Shown one piece after another: positions 1 to 13,699 of a stretch of DNA of 64,000 bases; position 1 is the stretch's first letter, and each line of letters opens with the position of its first letter. Source of the stretch: Vicugna vicugna. Lineage: Eukaryota. The notes under the pieces are model-generated. The model saw only the letters and a list, made by a program, of their open reading frames with translations. It did no database searches and was not told where the DNA came from. Made by a program: the position numbers and the translations under genes. The stretch is taken from the NCBI GenBank assembly GCA_013265495.1, contig MU058844.1:8493260-8557259 (forward strand), given 5' to 3'.

Positions 1-1304
1 TGGCCTCAGCTGTATCAGCCAAAATGAAGTTTATCGAGCTATTCTGGCTGTAGTGGTGTTAACAAAGGCATTGGCATGTGCAGGCAGCCTCAGGGTACAG
101 GCTGCTGCAGTTTAACCTTGAACTACATTTAAATTCATGTATGAGCATCAGGGGCCTCATCAGAGGCTGCAGAGACACCAGAATGCAAGTTCATTTGAGG
201 CAAGAATTTAATGATGGAAAAATATTTATAGATATGCTAAACATTAATGACTATCTCAGTATTTGCTATTTTTGAACATCAAGGCAGAGGACTTGTAGGC
301 AATACAGAGCTCTAGCAAAGTTCATGGTTTACACTGTCCATGCCAGTCATAAAATGCAGTGTAAAAGAGCAAATTTTGAATATAAAGAGATTTTGATTAT
401 ACTAGATGGGAAAGATCAGGACCACAAATGAGACCTAGTGACTGAGACTGCACCACTGCAAATCTGTACTTTGCAAGATAGCATCGGTGTCTCAACTGCC
501 ACTCTGAGGGAAGGTACAGTGTGCCAGGCAAAATGCATGCTGATAAATTTAACTTCTTGCTGAAAAATTTCTTCCAATTTAGTCTAAGTGTGAAGGGCAT
601 AGACCCCTGACAATGGGCATGAACTGATTGGCATTCTGATGAGGCTCAAGCCATCCTCAGTTATCCCCATTCCTACAGACCCATGAGTTTCCACTGTAGA
701 GTTTCAGTAACATGTTGTCTTTGACAAAAATAGCTACTGGGTCTGGGAACATAATTTTGTCCAGGTGTGAAGCAAGTGTTAAGATAGCCTTGAGTATTCT
801 GTTACTTCTTTAGACCTTTTAAAAATTGAGACACCCCATAGACTTGATGCTGAATTAATTTAACTTTTGAGGAGCTGAAGGAGCTACATCCATTTCCAAG
901 AAAGACACACAGGCTGCAGCTGCTGTTGGAATCTATGTAGTCACTAATGTTTCTTGTTGTGAGTTGAACAAAATAAGAAACTGGGAGGTACTTTAATTTC
1001 ATTAGACTTCTACCACATAAGGGCAAGAACACTAGATTCTGGGTTGTGATTTTATTGCCTTTGCACATTAACTTAAAAGGTAATTTAATAGATTTTTTTT
1101 CTCCCTAGGAGTTTGAGAGGGGGAATATATAAAATACGGGACATCACATTTTGCTGGCAGTTTAACATGGGGCTCTCTTTAAGTATTTGGGTAATTGCCA
1201 CTGAGAACATCTGATTGAATTATCCATGGCACTGAGAGAGCTCCACCCCAAAGGGCACATTTCATGGGCCTAGTGACCTCGGGGTCTCACAAATAGTAGA
1301 TTTC

Positions 1305-1430
1305 TTAAGGTATAATCAATTGAACGTATTTAAAATGTATAATTTGGTGAGTTTGGGGACATGTATACACTCATGAAACCATTCACAAATCTGTCATCAT
1401 TATCTCCAAAAGTTTCCTCATGGCCCTGAA
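1305..1430 (-). mobile_element. Old L1M 3' UTR fragment
   Basis: tttaaaatgtataatttggtgagttt...tatacactcatgaaacc...ccaaaagtttcctcatg resembles the reverse complement of old L1M 3' ends. Confidence 0.55.
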
Positions 1431-1971
1431 ATCTATGATCTTGCTAGTCTTGCAGCTTTTACTGATTTTAATTGTGTGTCTCTGTTCCAGCAAACTTAAA
1501 CTGAGACCTGCTCTATAACAGCATTATGAAATTAAATGTTTGCCAGGTGGCACCACATGAGAGCAACCCAAATTGTGGCAGTTCCTTCACGGTACTGTCC
1601 TCTCCTAGTGCAATGTTAGATCAGATTTCTTGTACCCTTTGGGCTAAAGACTCTACTGATAGGAGTAGAATATTTGAAACTGGCCTACTAAGATTCAAAT
1701 GAATCCTTATAACCGTCCCACCACCACCACCACACACACACACTGAGGTCATCCCAATATCCATTCAAACCTGAAGAAATCTCAGGAATAAAATACATTA
1801 CTAAGTCTTAGAATAAGGATGGCCACATCTTAGTCCTTGCAATACTCCCACAAAGCCAGTTAAGAAGCCTATCAGAAAAGGCTACCCCATTTGTTCAAGA
1901 TCTCAAGGTGAGGAATAGAATGTCATTCCTAGTTTCCTGGTAATTCCCAACACACATATGTCCTGTCCTCC

Positions 1972-2615
1972 TGTTAGAGCAGGCAGATAGCTAGATATGA
2001 GCAGAGAAAAGGGGACACAGACCAAATGGCAGGAATTGGGCAGAAAGGAGGGTCATAGGCCAAATGCAGGAAAACATACTGTAAGCACCAGGGGTCCCTG
2101 GGCAGAGAAAGAAAAGCAGGAATCTTTGGGTTGATAAAGGGCTACACCTTTTGGCCTGGAGACCAATGAAGAAAAGTCAGAAAGGGCAGGAATTTCCAGT
2201 GTCCAAATGTAACTTTTTGCTCATTATGCCCTCATTTCAATAAAATTAGCCTTGCAGATCAGAAGTACCCATCATGCACCGATGCCAGGACACTTCTGAT
2301 CCAGACTAAATAAGGACAAAAATCCCTCCTCCCTTTGGGAAGGTGGAGTTGGGATGATAATCAGGAAATATAACCCCAAGCCCTTCCCTCCTCAATGAAT
2401 ATTCTGCCCATTCATTTTTACACCCTATGTAGCTAACTTGCCAAAGAAACTCAGGACAGCCTCTCACCTATGCCTGCCTGCTCTCCCCTTGAAAGTGTAC
2501 TACCGCTCCTTTAATAAATTCTCACTTTACTTTTTTTTAACCTCTAAGTCCTGTCTCTGAATTCTTTCTGGGACAGGACAAGAACCTGGAACACCAGTTG
2601 GATCCACCGGCAACA
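1972..2615 (+). mobile_element. ERV1-class solo LTR (MER50-like 5' end)
   Basis: Starts TGTTAGAGCAGG, ends GGCAACA; AATAAA at 2513-2518 followed by U5-like tctgaattctttc...caagaacc; no clean TSD. Confidence 0.8.
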
Positions 2616-3327
2616 CTGAATCCCCTGAAAAAGTAAATATCTCACAGTAGTCAATTTATATGCAGCTTTCCTTAGCATACACATAGATAAAGACAGTTAC
2701 TCTTTGCTGTTTTTGTGGAATATTAACAGTATGTCTAGCTGGTTATACCTCAAGGATTTACAGAATTCTCATATTTTCTTCAATCTAAGCAAATCAGTCG
2801 AAATGAAAGGATTTTATTTTTCTTTTTCTTTCCATCCTTGTACAGTTTGTAGATTACTGTGCCCTCTTAATGTAAGTCATCCCCAGGAAGACCTCATACA
2901 GCTCTTTTCAAGATTAGCTGAAAAGCTTTACAAACCATGTAGAGAAAAGCCATAATTTTGTTAAGAAATTGTACAAATAATTTGAGTCACAATCTGTCAG
3001 CCCTAGATGTTTTCTGTCCTCCACCAGAATAGAGATGATTCCATTTTATCAAAGTTCTAAACTAGAAAGGAATGAAAAGATTTTTGAGGATTGACTGGTT
3101 ATTGTAAGCAATAAATGCCTAATTTTTAAAAAATGGGTCAGTCCTCTCATGAGCTCATTAAGGTAACAACTCCTGAGTCTCTTCCATGGAAACAACACAG
3201 AAAAACAGTCTTCTCCTCTTTTACCTTTTCTTTTCACCTGTCTCCTACTTTGGGAACCCCTAACCTTGACAAACCCTTCTCTCTTGTTTAATAAAGATAA
3301 GATGATGCATTAAGAGTGTCAACTCAC

Positions 3328-3500
3328 CAGAGCCTGCCGACTGCCTCTCTTAGCATGTTCCCTGGTTTAAGAATGGAGGCACAATTTCTATGCTTGTAAG
3401 AGGTGGCTGCAGCTGCCAAACTGGTTGAAACTTCCGCCAGTATGTTATTTGCGTCTCACTGACTCTGTGGTTTGCACCTGCTGGAGCAATCCTTTTAGGC
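3328..3500 (-). other. Candidate exon or promoter-proximal exon (unassigned)
   Basis: Minus-strand donor CTG|GTGAGT at 3328/3327; ATG with A at -3 at 3356-3354; ETS motif GGCGGAAGT at 3430-3438; non-repetitive sequence. Confidence 0.3.
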
Positions 3501-4252
3501 AACACTCACAATTTCTCTACCAGCAACTTTTCCATTTATGAAGCTCTCATATCATCTCTTTTACATATCACTATTTAACGTAATTCAAACCTTGCTCTTG
3601 CAACTTGATTCCCTTTTCAGGATGAAGGGGAAACATGTGACTATAGCAATAATAAATAAGGAAAGCATGCCCAGGGTTGATCTTCCAGAACCCCTTTTAG
3701 TTAATCTTGACTTAATACACTTTATAGATTTTATTTTGGAAATTACAAAGGCATCCTCTTTTGTTGTGGGTACTGAAAAATGCAGCCATTCAGTGGCTCC
3801 ATTACATAATATTCAATCTTCCCAGGTGGCAGATTAAATAGCTCTGACTGAAACCTTTATTGTAGCAAAAGACAAAAGATATGCTTTTATAATTGTTCAT
3901 GATTTTGAGATGTCTTGAAACCTAGAGGATTTGTGACCTCTTCAGATAGTCTAACTACGGGAAAGATATCAATGATTTAGTGGAAGCTATTCAAAACTTA
4001 CAAGGAAACGGTGGTTGTTAACATAGAAGCACGTTGGCAGACCGAAAGCCAATGGCAATGCCCTTGCAGTGCTGTGTGCTAAATGAGTAGCCTTTACCAC
4101 ACCAGTTGTATGAGATGCTTCTCTCCTGACCAAGCTAATGTCCTTTCCCATCAAACCTTCAGATTGATAATTGTCTCAATTTAGGCCAGCTATGGTTGAC
4201 TCACAGCAATCAGATCAACCTTCTGAAAGACGGAATTGGCCATCAAACGGAT

Positions 4253-4594
4253 AGAGGCTAGAAGTCTGAAGTCAAGGTATTGGAAGGACCATGCTCTCTG
4301 AGAAGGCACCAGAGAAAGATCTCTGTTCCAGGTCTCTCCCAGCCCTGGTCCCTTGGCATGTGGCAGCCAAGGGAGTCTTCACCTGTGGTGCTCCCTGTGT
4401 GCATGTCTTTTTTTCCCCAAATTTCCCTTATGATAAAGACACCAGTTATATTGAATTAGGACTCACCCTAATTACCTTATTTCCACATGATTACTCTGCA
4501 AAGATCAAACCACCAAATAAGGTCACATTCCGTGGTCCTGGTGGTTAGGACTCCAGTGTATCTTTTTTTAGAGTCCAAAATTCAACCCATAACA
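4253..4594 (-). mobile_element. MaLR LTR (MLT1B/C-like)
   Basis: gaggctagaagtctgaagtcaagg...ccaaataaggtcacattc...aattcaacccataaca is typical MLT1 in reverse orientation. Confidence 0.85.
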
Positions 4595-4991
4595 CATATC
4601 AACATGGAAATGCTTTTCAGCATCACCGAACACCATATCTATTCCTGTAACTATGGGCTCATGTGTCACAGTGCAAACAAACTACCAACCCAAATCAGTA
4701 GATTTCCACTCACATGAGAACTTAAACTGAGGCTGAGTCAAAAAAGTCTCTAGAAGCAGAGAATTTCAAGCAATCACTTTTCCCAAGAACTCTGAACCAA
4801 GGGGATGACAGTGACTATACAGCCAATGCCTGGTTGACAAAAGAAGACACAGCTGAATGAATTTCTTTAAAACAATCATTCTCTTTCTGTAATTATTGTT
4901 CTGTTCTCTTCATATATTCTTGGTCATTTAACCCAAATATCACAAAATCATTGTTTTCTCTCGGCACAGTTGAGTTTAACTGTATTCAGTT

Positions 4992-5129
4992 TTTTTTTAA
5001 CATTTTTTATTGAGTTATAGTCATTTTACAATGTTGTGTCAAATTCCAGTGTAGAGCACAATTTTTCAGTTATACATGAACATAATTTATATTCATTGTC
5101 ATATTTTTTTTTCGCTGTGAGCTACCACA
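4992..5129 (-). mobile_element. Young, heavily 5'-truncated L1 3' end (type B)
   Basis: Poly-T plus ttttattgagttatagtcattttacaatgttgtgtc; 11-bp TSD tgtattcagtt at 4981-4991 and 5130-5140. Confidence 0.9.
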
Positions 5130-8100
5130 TGTATTCAGTTCTTGGTATATTCAAAATACATAGTTACAGTTAGCCTGTGCATTTGCAATTGCACTTAGTG
5201 CAAAAAATGGTGGGGTATATGAGAACTTCTTATTTATATACACAAGATATCTCCATGCTACAAGTATTTTGTGATTCCAATTATTATGCAGGCATTTGTG
5301 ATTGCTCTAGTCCCCAGTGACTATGATCCACAAGAGGTTTGGGAAACCTTTCCGGTGTTTCTCTGGAAGCCCAGTTTACCTGATCAAAAACCACACAGCT
5401 CATGGGGTCTAAGTGGGGATAGCTTTTGTTATGTCTCAATTTTGGAGGCTAAAAAAAATAATAGATAATGACCAACATAAACATGTCACTTTCAATAATG
5501 TTCAAGAGATAAAAAAAAGTACAAAAATGATAGTAAGATATAATACCAAGAGTCATTAGTGCAAGTTTCCCAAGGATTGATTTTGAGTAACTTCTTCCCT
5601 ATAATGGGTTAGTGAAATTAGGGCTTATTGCATGTATTACCTGTTAATGATTAGGCTTAGAAATTTAGCCTACCTTATGTCAGATTTGCAGATTGTACAG
5701 AATACATTAGTGAAGGCAAAGCAATATTCCATCCACCAAAAACAGTTCATCACTGGCTGGAAGGATTGGTTGGTTCAAGGAAAATTTCTACTTGTGTTTG
5801 TGTTTTATGACAATACAACACAGTTGGATAGGTTTCAGAAAATTGGCATCTTAATGAATCAGCTCTATTGCTGAACCTCCAATATATAGTGACACTCAAA
5901 TGACAATTCTATGCTAGAATAGATCGAATTCCTTTTGGTCAAACTTTCTCCTTTAGGGTAGAGGGGTAATCACAAGAAGGGACTGATGATCTCTGACCTC
6001 TTGGGTACACTACATACAAAGCAGAGGCAGCCAAATTCCACAATCCCAAATTAGGGGAATTACATATAAAGCAGAGGTGCTTTGATGGTATAAGCCTAAA
6101 ATAAGTACCTAGCCCAGGGCTTATTTAATCCACAAATCCAGGTATAGCCCTCCAATGGACATTTCTGAGAGATCCAGTTTTTGTAATAAGGAACAAAGAT
6201 GATTTGTGGTTATAGAAGACCTAACTCCATTTCTTCTCCCCTCGAATTTTTCTTATGAGAGCCTCCTATATTTGGTCTCTTATTATGTGTAAACATACTA
6301 AAAATTATTTTATCATATACTATTTTATTATACATAATATATATATAATACTAATATAACAAATAGAGAAACTGGTGGAAGGATCTGACTTGGGTTGGAA
6401 ACTGTTGGGTTTCTTTGATTTACATCTAAATAGGCCACTAATAGTTCACAGAAGTTGAAAAAGTCAAGTCATCTTTAATACCATCCACTCCCTTTTGCCA
6501 TCCTTAGGAGAAAGTCTTAAAAATTCTCTTGAGTTAATTACCATAGCAGTAGGTGACTTTTTGTGCTTTTTAAATGTAGATTAAAATCTGAATTTGTTTA
6601 AAAAACATTAGCATATTTCTGTGACCTGCATTTTATGCTTGCTTATAGAGAAGTTTGGACTTCTTTTTTCCCAATCTACATATAATTTGGTGTGGCATCA
6701 ATGTATCATCTTCAATTGTAAACATTCACAATAACTGTTTCCTTTATTAAAAAGTGATGAACTATTGCTAAATTCATCTATTACATAAATCTTACCCCCA
6801 GTCTGCTTTTCCAAGCAAATTTATTTGTGATGTACTTTATAAACAAATTAGTAAAACAGATAAATCTAAGTTTTGAATCAGAAAAGAGAGGCTTACAGTT
6901 TATGGCAACCCATGCCTGGCCCTTTAAAATTATTTTTTGAGATGTATTCTGCAATATGAATTAACACAATTTATAATTCTGGACATTTCTATATGCTTCA
7001 CAGGGTGTATACTCTATCATCAACTCTAAAAGCTTATCCATATTCTTTGATTTAATAGGAATGTTTTTGCATTAGAGGCCTCATCAGTGAGCTATCCACA
7101 GGAGTCATGATGACTTTTTTGTATACATAGAGGTTTTAGCAATAATGGAATATGTATTCTTGAAATTAGAAACCACTAAACTAGTGAGAAAGGAGAGAAG
7201 AGCTCTTTGCTTTTGATTAAAATAGTTCAAGAGTTTGCAGTATTCTACTGTCCCCAAAATGGGTGAAGCTGGGAAACATTAGTAATTTATGTGAAGTATG
7301 ATAGAAATAAAAATGCTTGAATTATCAATGTACATGTTTTCAATTTGACTGAAAGGATAGAATCTATGTTTAGAGTTGTGATTACAAAATTATCATTGTT
7401 TTGCTACTTTTATAAAAGCTATTAAAGAATTGGAGAACTGGCTTAAGTGTTCTCTTGGGACACGCTGCAGATGACAATTCCGAGTTTGGCTTCTGATACT
7501 GTGAGAATGCGGCAAACTGCTCCAGGCAGTTTGTGGGACAAACACATTGAAATAGCAAAAAATGCTTCTCAAAATGGCTCAATTAACTGTACTTATGTCC
7601 ATTTATTTCACTGAGATTTCAGAGAAACAGAATTCTAAATACAATTTAGAATTTAGAAATGGGAATATATGAAGTAAAATGCTGCTTAATTATTTATTAA
7701 GGTCACACAACAATGTGGTTTCCAAGCTAGAAACAGAAACTCAGTTTCTTAACATCTACCCCAAGCTGCTCTATGGATAACTCTAGAAAAATCCATCTGT
7801 GAAATTTTAATCAAGACAGATATTTAAGCCCTTTGAAAATTTTGCTTGCTCTGTAATTTCACATTTCAGACTGCTTATTATATGGTAATCCACAGCAGGT
7901 TTTTTGGGTTTTTTTGGACAATATATGCTGCCACAGAATTTTGCACCCCTTTAGAGTAACCATGACATGCACTTATTCAAATAAATTAATGTCCTAGTCT
8001 CAACTGACTCTCCTGGGTTGACCAATACAATCTCCTCTCTAGAATACAAAATGACTTCTTAGCTAGTTTTTTTTTCTTTTAAAAATGACACACATCTATG

Positions 8101-8209
8101 GATGTCCATCCAACATTCCATGTCTGAGACTCTGGAGTCAGTAGAAAAGGAAAGAATGATGAGAAAACACTTAAAAACATATGAAATGTTTATATGAAAT
8201 AAATCACAT

Positions 8210-8710
8210 TTCTACTTCTTACAAGCTATGTGATGTTGCAAAATAATTTACTGCTTCTGTGCCCCAGTTTACCTATTTGTAAAATGAGCATGATAATATA
8301 GGTTCATAACTTATTTTCCAAAACCCTTGGGTCCAAGGGTCTTTCAAATTCAGAATGTTTTGCATTTTAGATAGGTAATGCAGTGCAAATACTGTATATT
8401 TATGTAATAGTCCCAGTGGTGTCTCAAGTAGTATATTAAAATATTAAAATTGCAGCAAAATGAATAAGTACTCAAACTAAGAGATAATTCAGGAATATAA
8501 ACAGCCTCATATCAATTCAGGTCAGATTTCTGCCTGTGTGGAAAAAAGAACACAGTTTTCAGAGACTTTTGCTTTTCAAAATTGTAGGTAAAAGATCACA
8601 AACTTGAAATAATATGTAAATCATATGATAATTTAAGTGGGTGAACAAGTTATTTCATGTAAAGCACTTAGACTGGTAACTGATACATAGTAAGTGACCT
8701 AATTATTATT
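8210..8710 (+). mobile_element. MIR SINE split by a MER46C insertion
   Basis: MIR core ctgtgccccagtttacctatttgtaaaatgagcatgataata, resumed after 8610 with catgtaaagcacttag...catagtaagt. Confidence 0.65.
8298..8607. mobile_element. MER46C-like TcMar-Tigger element
   Basis: aaacccttggg...ttcagaatg...ttttagataggtaat...aacagcctcatatcaattcaggtcag...ttttcagag matches the recalled MER46C consensus. Confidence 0.7.
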
Positions 8711-10284
8711 TTAATTATTTTAATACTGTATATCTCATTTTTTTCTTTGACATATTACATATTGATTCAGTCATCTTTCTAATAAAATATGGTCAGCTGC
8801 TCAAAACTTACTAAGATCTTTATATACATTATCTCATTTAATCCCCTTAAGAATCCTCTGATAAACACTATTATTATTTCCATTTTCCATTGAGGAAATT
8901 AACATTCTTTGTAATATAATCCCTTAATCAAATGCAATAAATTAATTGATATACAAGCCAAGCTTCATATATTTCATACAAAGAATAGTAGTCACTCAAA
9001 TTAAATTCCTCAAAATCATTTTTGTGAAAAAAAATTCCCAACACTGAACTTCAGTTGATTCAAGCACCTTGTTTCCAAATAGGAATGATATTCATTACTT
9101 ATTTGATGAAAGTTTCTTTTAAACCAGGGATTCATTTTACAATTACAGAAATGAAGAAAAGATATTCAAAGGTTATCAAACTGACATATAATATGTTTCA
9201 AAAAATATAAAGAATAGCAAATAATATTTGCCTTTTCTTATTTTCCAGTATCAAATATATATACAAAAGGGTTCTCTTAGCTATCTGGTGGGCAAAAAAA
9301 TTTTGCACAGTATTAATTCTGCTAAAGAATAAGCTGAGTAGCAGTACACTTTAAAATGCATATGTAAATGAATATTATATTTTTCCTAAATATTAGACTC
9401 AGATGAAATAGTATTTTTTTATAAAGGAAAATTGTGTAAAATTATGAACTACTAATGCATTGGTACACATCTTTCCAGTGTATATATTCTGCTTACTATA
9501 TTACAGATATTTTTATATCATTAAATAGTTTAAAAAATCAATATATTAATGATTTATAGTTGAACAATATTTAATATAGTGTTGAGCCATAATCTTCTAA
9601 TTAATTGTAAATTATTGCCTTTTAGATTATGACAATCTTAAAGAACAATGTAACAAAATTTATGTATATAAATTTTAAAATTTTTTGAATAAAATTTTCT
9701 TTACAGATCTGTATCCTATATACAATATCTATATAAAACTTCATATCACATTTCATGTAAACTAAGTATTTTGGAAGCTTTAGCATTTTAACTATCACTG
9801 TAAATATGTATCTGGTGGATATTGCAAAGCACTCCCTTTTAAGCTTTTTAAAAAACTCTTTTAGAGTTTTATATTCAATTTTAGTGGAAAGAAAAATGTA
9901 GAAAAATAGTATTATATATCTTCCAGATCTGAAAGTGAAAAGATATGATTATTTTTCCAAACTTTACATAGGTTTATCGAAAGATGAAAGTTTCTAATTA
10001 CATTATCATAAAGCTATAATAATTACTACCATTTTTAAGAAAGGACATTTTATTTTAATTAATTTGAAATGGTAGTTCATACAAATGGGAGATAGAAAAA
10101 AAATCACTCATGCAATTGACTGCAAAAAACATGAAAAAATAGCTCCAAAAACATGAAGCAAAATAATTTCTATATTCATTTTCAGTAATATCTTAATATA
10201 TTGTAGTATGCTTTTAGAACCTTTCAGTTCTGTAGGAGATTCCATCTTATTCAGATCTTCCAGAAAAGGAAATATGCTTTCAGT

Positions 10285-10350
10285 AAAAAAAAAAAAAAAA
10301 AAAAAATTGTTATGCTTAAAAAAAAAAAAAAAAGAAAAAGAAAAAGAAAA
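10285..10350 (+). repeat. Interrupted poly(A) / A-rich tract
   Basis: A22, ttgttatgctt, A16, then (GAAAAA)n. Confidence 0.9.
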
Positions 10351-11699
10351 TCCAAATTGAGGAACCTAAGAATGTGGGTTTGATGGCCAGAGATATAGGG
10401 AGAATAGGGGCCTGGACTCTATTTCTTAAGTCCAATTTTTCCCCATCCTGTGCATATAAAGAACCATTAACAATGCAATGATTAATTTCAGAATAACAGA
10501 AAAGTCCAGCTGTCATCCTGAGATTTAATGTGTCCTTTTCTTGGGACATATATTCTTTCTTTCTAACAGACATCTCCTCTGAATCAAAGCTACACAACTG
10601 GTAAAAGCTGTCTGGCCTGAAGAATCTCTTATGTAATAAGTAAGATCCATGAATTTAACTCATATTTAATTTGCAAGTACTATAGCAATCCACAGTTTAT
10701 ATTAACAAATGTTCCCACAGCACAGGTAGGCGACCAATTGTGATACTTTACCCTCTCGTTTTATAGTTAATATAGTTACAGATTATATTATACTATTTAT
10801 TGTTAATACAAAATAAATAGGCAATATAGCCTAGGAAGACGGAAACATGGACATGTTTCAATCCTGAGACTTTATAGTTAATGAATGGTACTGTAGTTGA
10901 GATAGGGAGCTGGTTAAATAGGTCGGCCCTCTCCATCTCATGTACTACAGCTTAATGTTTCCCCAGTAATACTGATCAAAAAAAAAAACCAAGCCTATAT
11001 GTCCTCTGAGTTGTGTTAAAAGTTTCTAATTTCCAGGTTATAATATAGAATAGGCTTTAATATAATGCATTTTGTTTCCTAAGAGGAGATGAGAACATAA
11101 AATTTGCATTATCTAAAGTCACAGCATGAGGCTGCTTAAACTCTGCAGCTGGATGTTTATAGCTGCTTTTTCTCCTGATTCTCTTTGTAGTGCTATAATG
11201 GGATGTGCTACATAATAAAATTCACGTCTTTTGTGCTGATGTTGTATTAATGCATTTTCTCAAGTTGAGTGTTCAACTGCAACAGCACAACAATATAAAA
11301 ATAAACAGGGCTCTGCTATCCCCATTTTTTTCCTTTTGCTATAAATGAAATAAAATGAATTCCTCATCATGGCAATGAACTTCTCCATGACCTAGTTCCT
11401 TCTCATTTCTTTAATGTCTTAGCCTGCGGCTCCTGTATATGCAACTTATGTTATACTGAAATTCTAATGATTTTGTAAGAACTGGACCATGATGCCACTA
11501 GGTAGGAACAATGTTGTTGAGAAGAGAAGATATTAGATGTATATTTAAGACTTGGTGTTTAAGTAATTGGAAGTGGGATATAATAGAAACGGAATAATCT
11601 TGGATGACTTCCAAATTGGTATTTTGTGTGACACACTGAAATGAAGTCCCAAGGGTAGGACTGAAGGGATAAGAACTTGGAAATGATATCATATCATAT

Positions 11700-13110
11700 C
11701 CTGTGATTTCCCTACACCTTGCCTATACCTGTGTAAATAATTTCCTTATGAACCTCTTCTCAAGTTTATGTCACGTGTTTCCTTCCAGGACCTTGACTAG
11801 TGCAATAACTGGTGCCCAAACTAGCCTCAGGAAGCAGAGGCTACAAATTTGGGAACCAGACTGCTCACATATTTGAGGAGCGCTGGGGAGAAATGAACAT
11901 GGATAATCCTCGACCAGCAGTGACATTATGATTACTCAAATGATCACTGATGTCAGCATGTGAGGAAGTAAGTATACAGGCAGCCTACAGCACTGGGAAT
12001 TCAAGTGAACATAAAACTCAGTTGCTGTGGCAAAAACTGGTTATAAAGTTTGTGGTGTCACCTGGTTCCTTCTGATGGCCCTGAGAGAGTGTGTACAAGG
12101 AAAATGAGCAATTGAAAACAAAAAATATCTGGCATGGATAATTAAAAAGCTTAAAAGGAAGTCTTGAAGAAGTCCCTCATTTCCTATGGCCAGAGGGAAG
12201 ATACGGGTGAGAACCAAGTTCAGGGTCCAATTCTGAGGGTTTCAAGAGTTCTAACTCAAACAATTCTCAAGCCCACTAGGTCTCTTACACTGATAGAAAA
12301 GTATTAGTCGCAAAGGGGTAGAGTTGTAAATCATGAGAAAAGGACATTTAAGCAGCATGGATGAAGCTGAGAACTCATGTTCACCCCACGCCTACCATCA
12401 ATTCACTCAAATATAAGACAAATAGAAAAAATTATTCTGTATATAAGCCTTTTAATGACTGCACTTGCCTCACAAATTCCCCTCACAAGACACCCATCAC
12501 TGCTTCTGGACCGAGCACAGATGAAAAGTACAATGATTGCTGTAACAGGAGATGGCCCACACACCCAAAGGGTGTCAGGATCTCTCCAACCTGTATGTGC
12601 AAGAAATTAGAGATTGTGTGTGGGAGGGAGTGGATTTTAAGGTGTTAGACCATGGAGGATAAAATACAAGACATAACTGGCTTGAATTCTTTGTCATGGA
12701 TGCATTCACCCAGAATATGAAATTTAATATATTGGCTTAAGCATGTGAAAAGTCATTAATAACCTGATAAGTGGGCTAGCTAAAGCCTGGACTCATCAAT
12801 AACCTACATTTTATAGTGTGGAAATGCCTGGATTTTGCGGATATACTCTAAAGGAAGAAGCACAAAGACTAAAAAAGGTAGAAACATTAGAATGAATCTG
12901 CTTAGCCCCTTTCTACCATAGTCTGGGGGAGAGGGTATAGCTCAGAAGTAGAGCACATGCTTAGTATGCATGAGGTCCTGGGTTCAATCCCTGGTACCTC
13001 CATTACAATAAATAATTAAACAAACCTAATTACCTACCATACTCCAATGAGGGATACTTGAGCTTTCCTTCATCAAAACTCTAAGAAATATATTATAGAA
13101 GAGGCTGCCA
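11700..13110 (+). mobile_element. ERVL-class LTR 3' end (LTR33-like) plus decayed internal sequence
   Basis: tgtttccttccaggaccttgactagtgca LTR end followed by actggtgccc... internal start; degenerate internal sequence continues to about 13.1 kb. Confidence 0.55.
12925..13033 (+). mobile_element. tRNA-derived SINE (camelid vic-1-like)
   Basis: ggggagagggtatagctcag (A box)...gggttcaatccc (B box)...aataaataattaaacaaacctaattac tail; probable TSD ctaccatagtct/ctaccatactcc. Confidence 0.85.
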
Positions 13111-13249
13111 GCCTTTTAGGGGTGGAATTTTGTTAACTGTTTGCTAAAGACAGCCATCATTAAAAAATTAAGTTAATTACCTCTATAATAAGGCTACTAA
13201 ACTGTTTGCTAAACACAGTCATCATTAAAAATTAAATTAATTATCCCTG

Positions 13250-13682
13250 TAAAAAGGCTATTGAAATAATTCTTCTTTCTCCAACTTCATATCGTGTGAA
13301 GCAGGAATTCTTTCATCTACTTCAACCAAAACTACATATTGCAACAAATTGGATGCAGAAGCATATATGGGATTCCAACTGCCTTCTACTAAGGCAGAAA
13401 ATAATAAAGACATTAACAAAAGTATGAAGCAATGCTATTTTGGTCACTGTATTTTTTATTTTAGAAAATACTTCTCATAAATTGCATTATTTTAGTATAT
13501 AAGCCTATTATTGGATTTATTCATTTTAAATAAATATTTTGAATTTGTGTGGTTTTACCTTATAGCACAGTAAACAGTAAGATACACACATATCTATCTG
13601 CATATAGTAAAACAGTTCTTTCCTTAATAAATTTGAAGAGCTTAAAGGGAAAAAGTTCTGAGATAAAGTGTAAGAATCAGTG
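13250..13682 (+). mobile_element. Charlie1-type hAT transposon 3' end
   Basis: acttcaaccaaaactacatattgcaacaaattggatgcagaagca...aagaatcagtg matches the recalled Charlie1 3' consensus. Confidence 0.8.
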
Positions 13683-13699
13683 CTTTAGATCATTCTACC

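Noticed and set aside
1..1290. Possible ancient Gypsy/ERVL internal sequence
   Set aside because: No diagnostic RT, RNase H or integrase motif in the parts I translated; left unannotated
10316..10597. 93-aa minus-strand ORF
   Set aside because: Non-ATG start, ends in poly-Phe from the A-tract, no recognisable domain
12925..13000. tRNA-Ala-like sequence
   Set aside because: Has a SINE tail and probable TSD and is diverged, so it is a SINE rather than a tRNA gene
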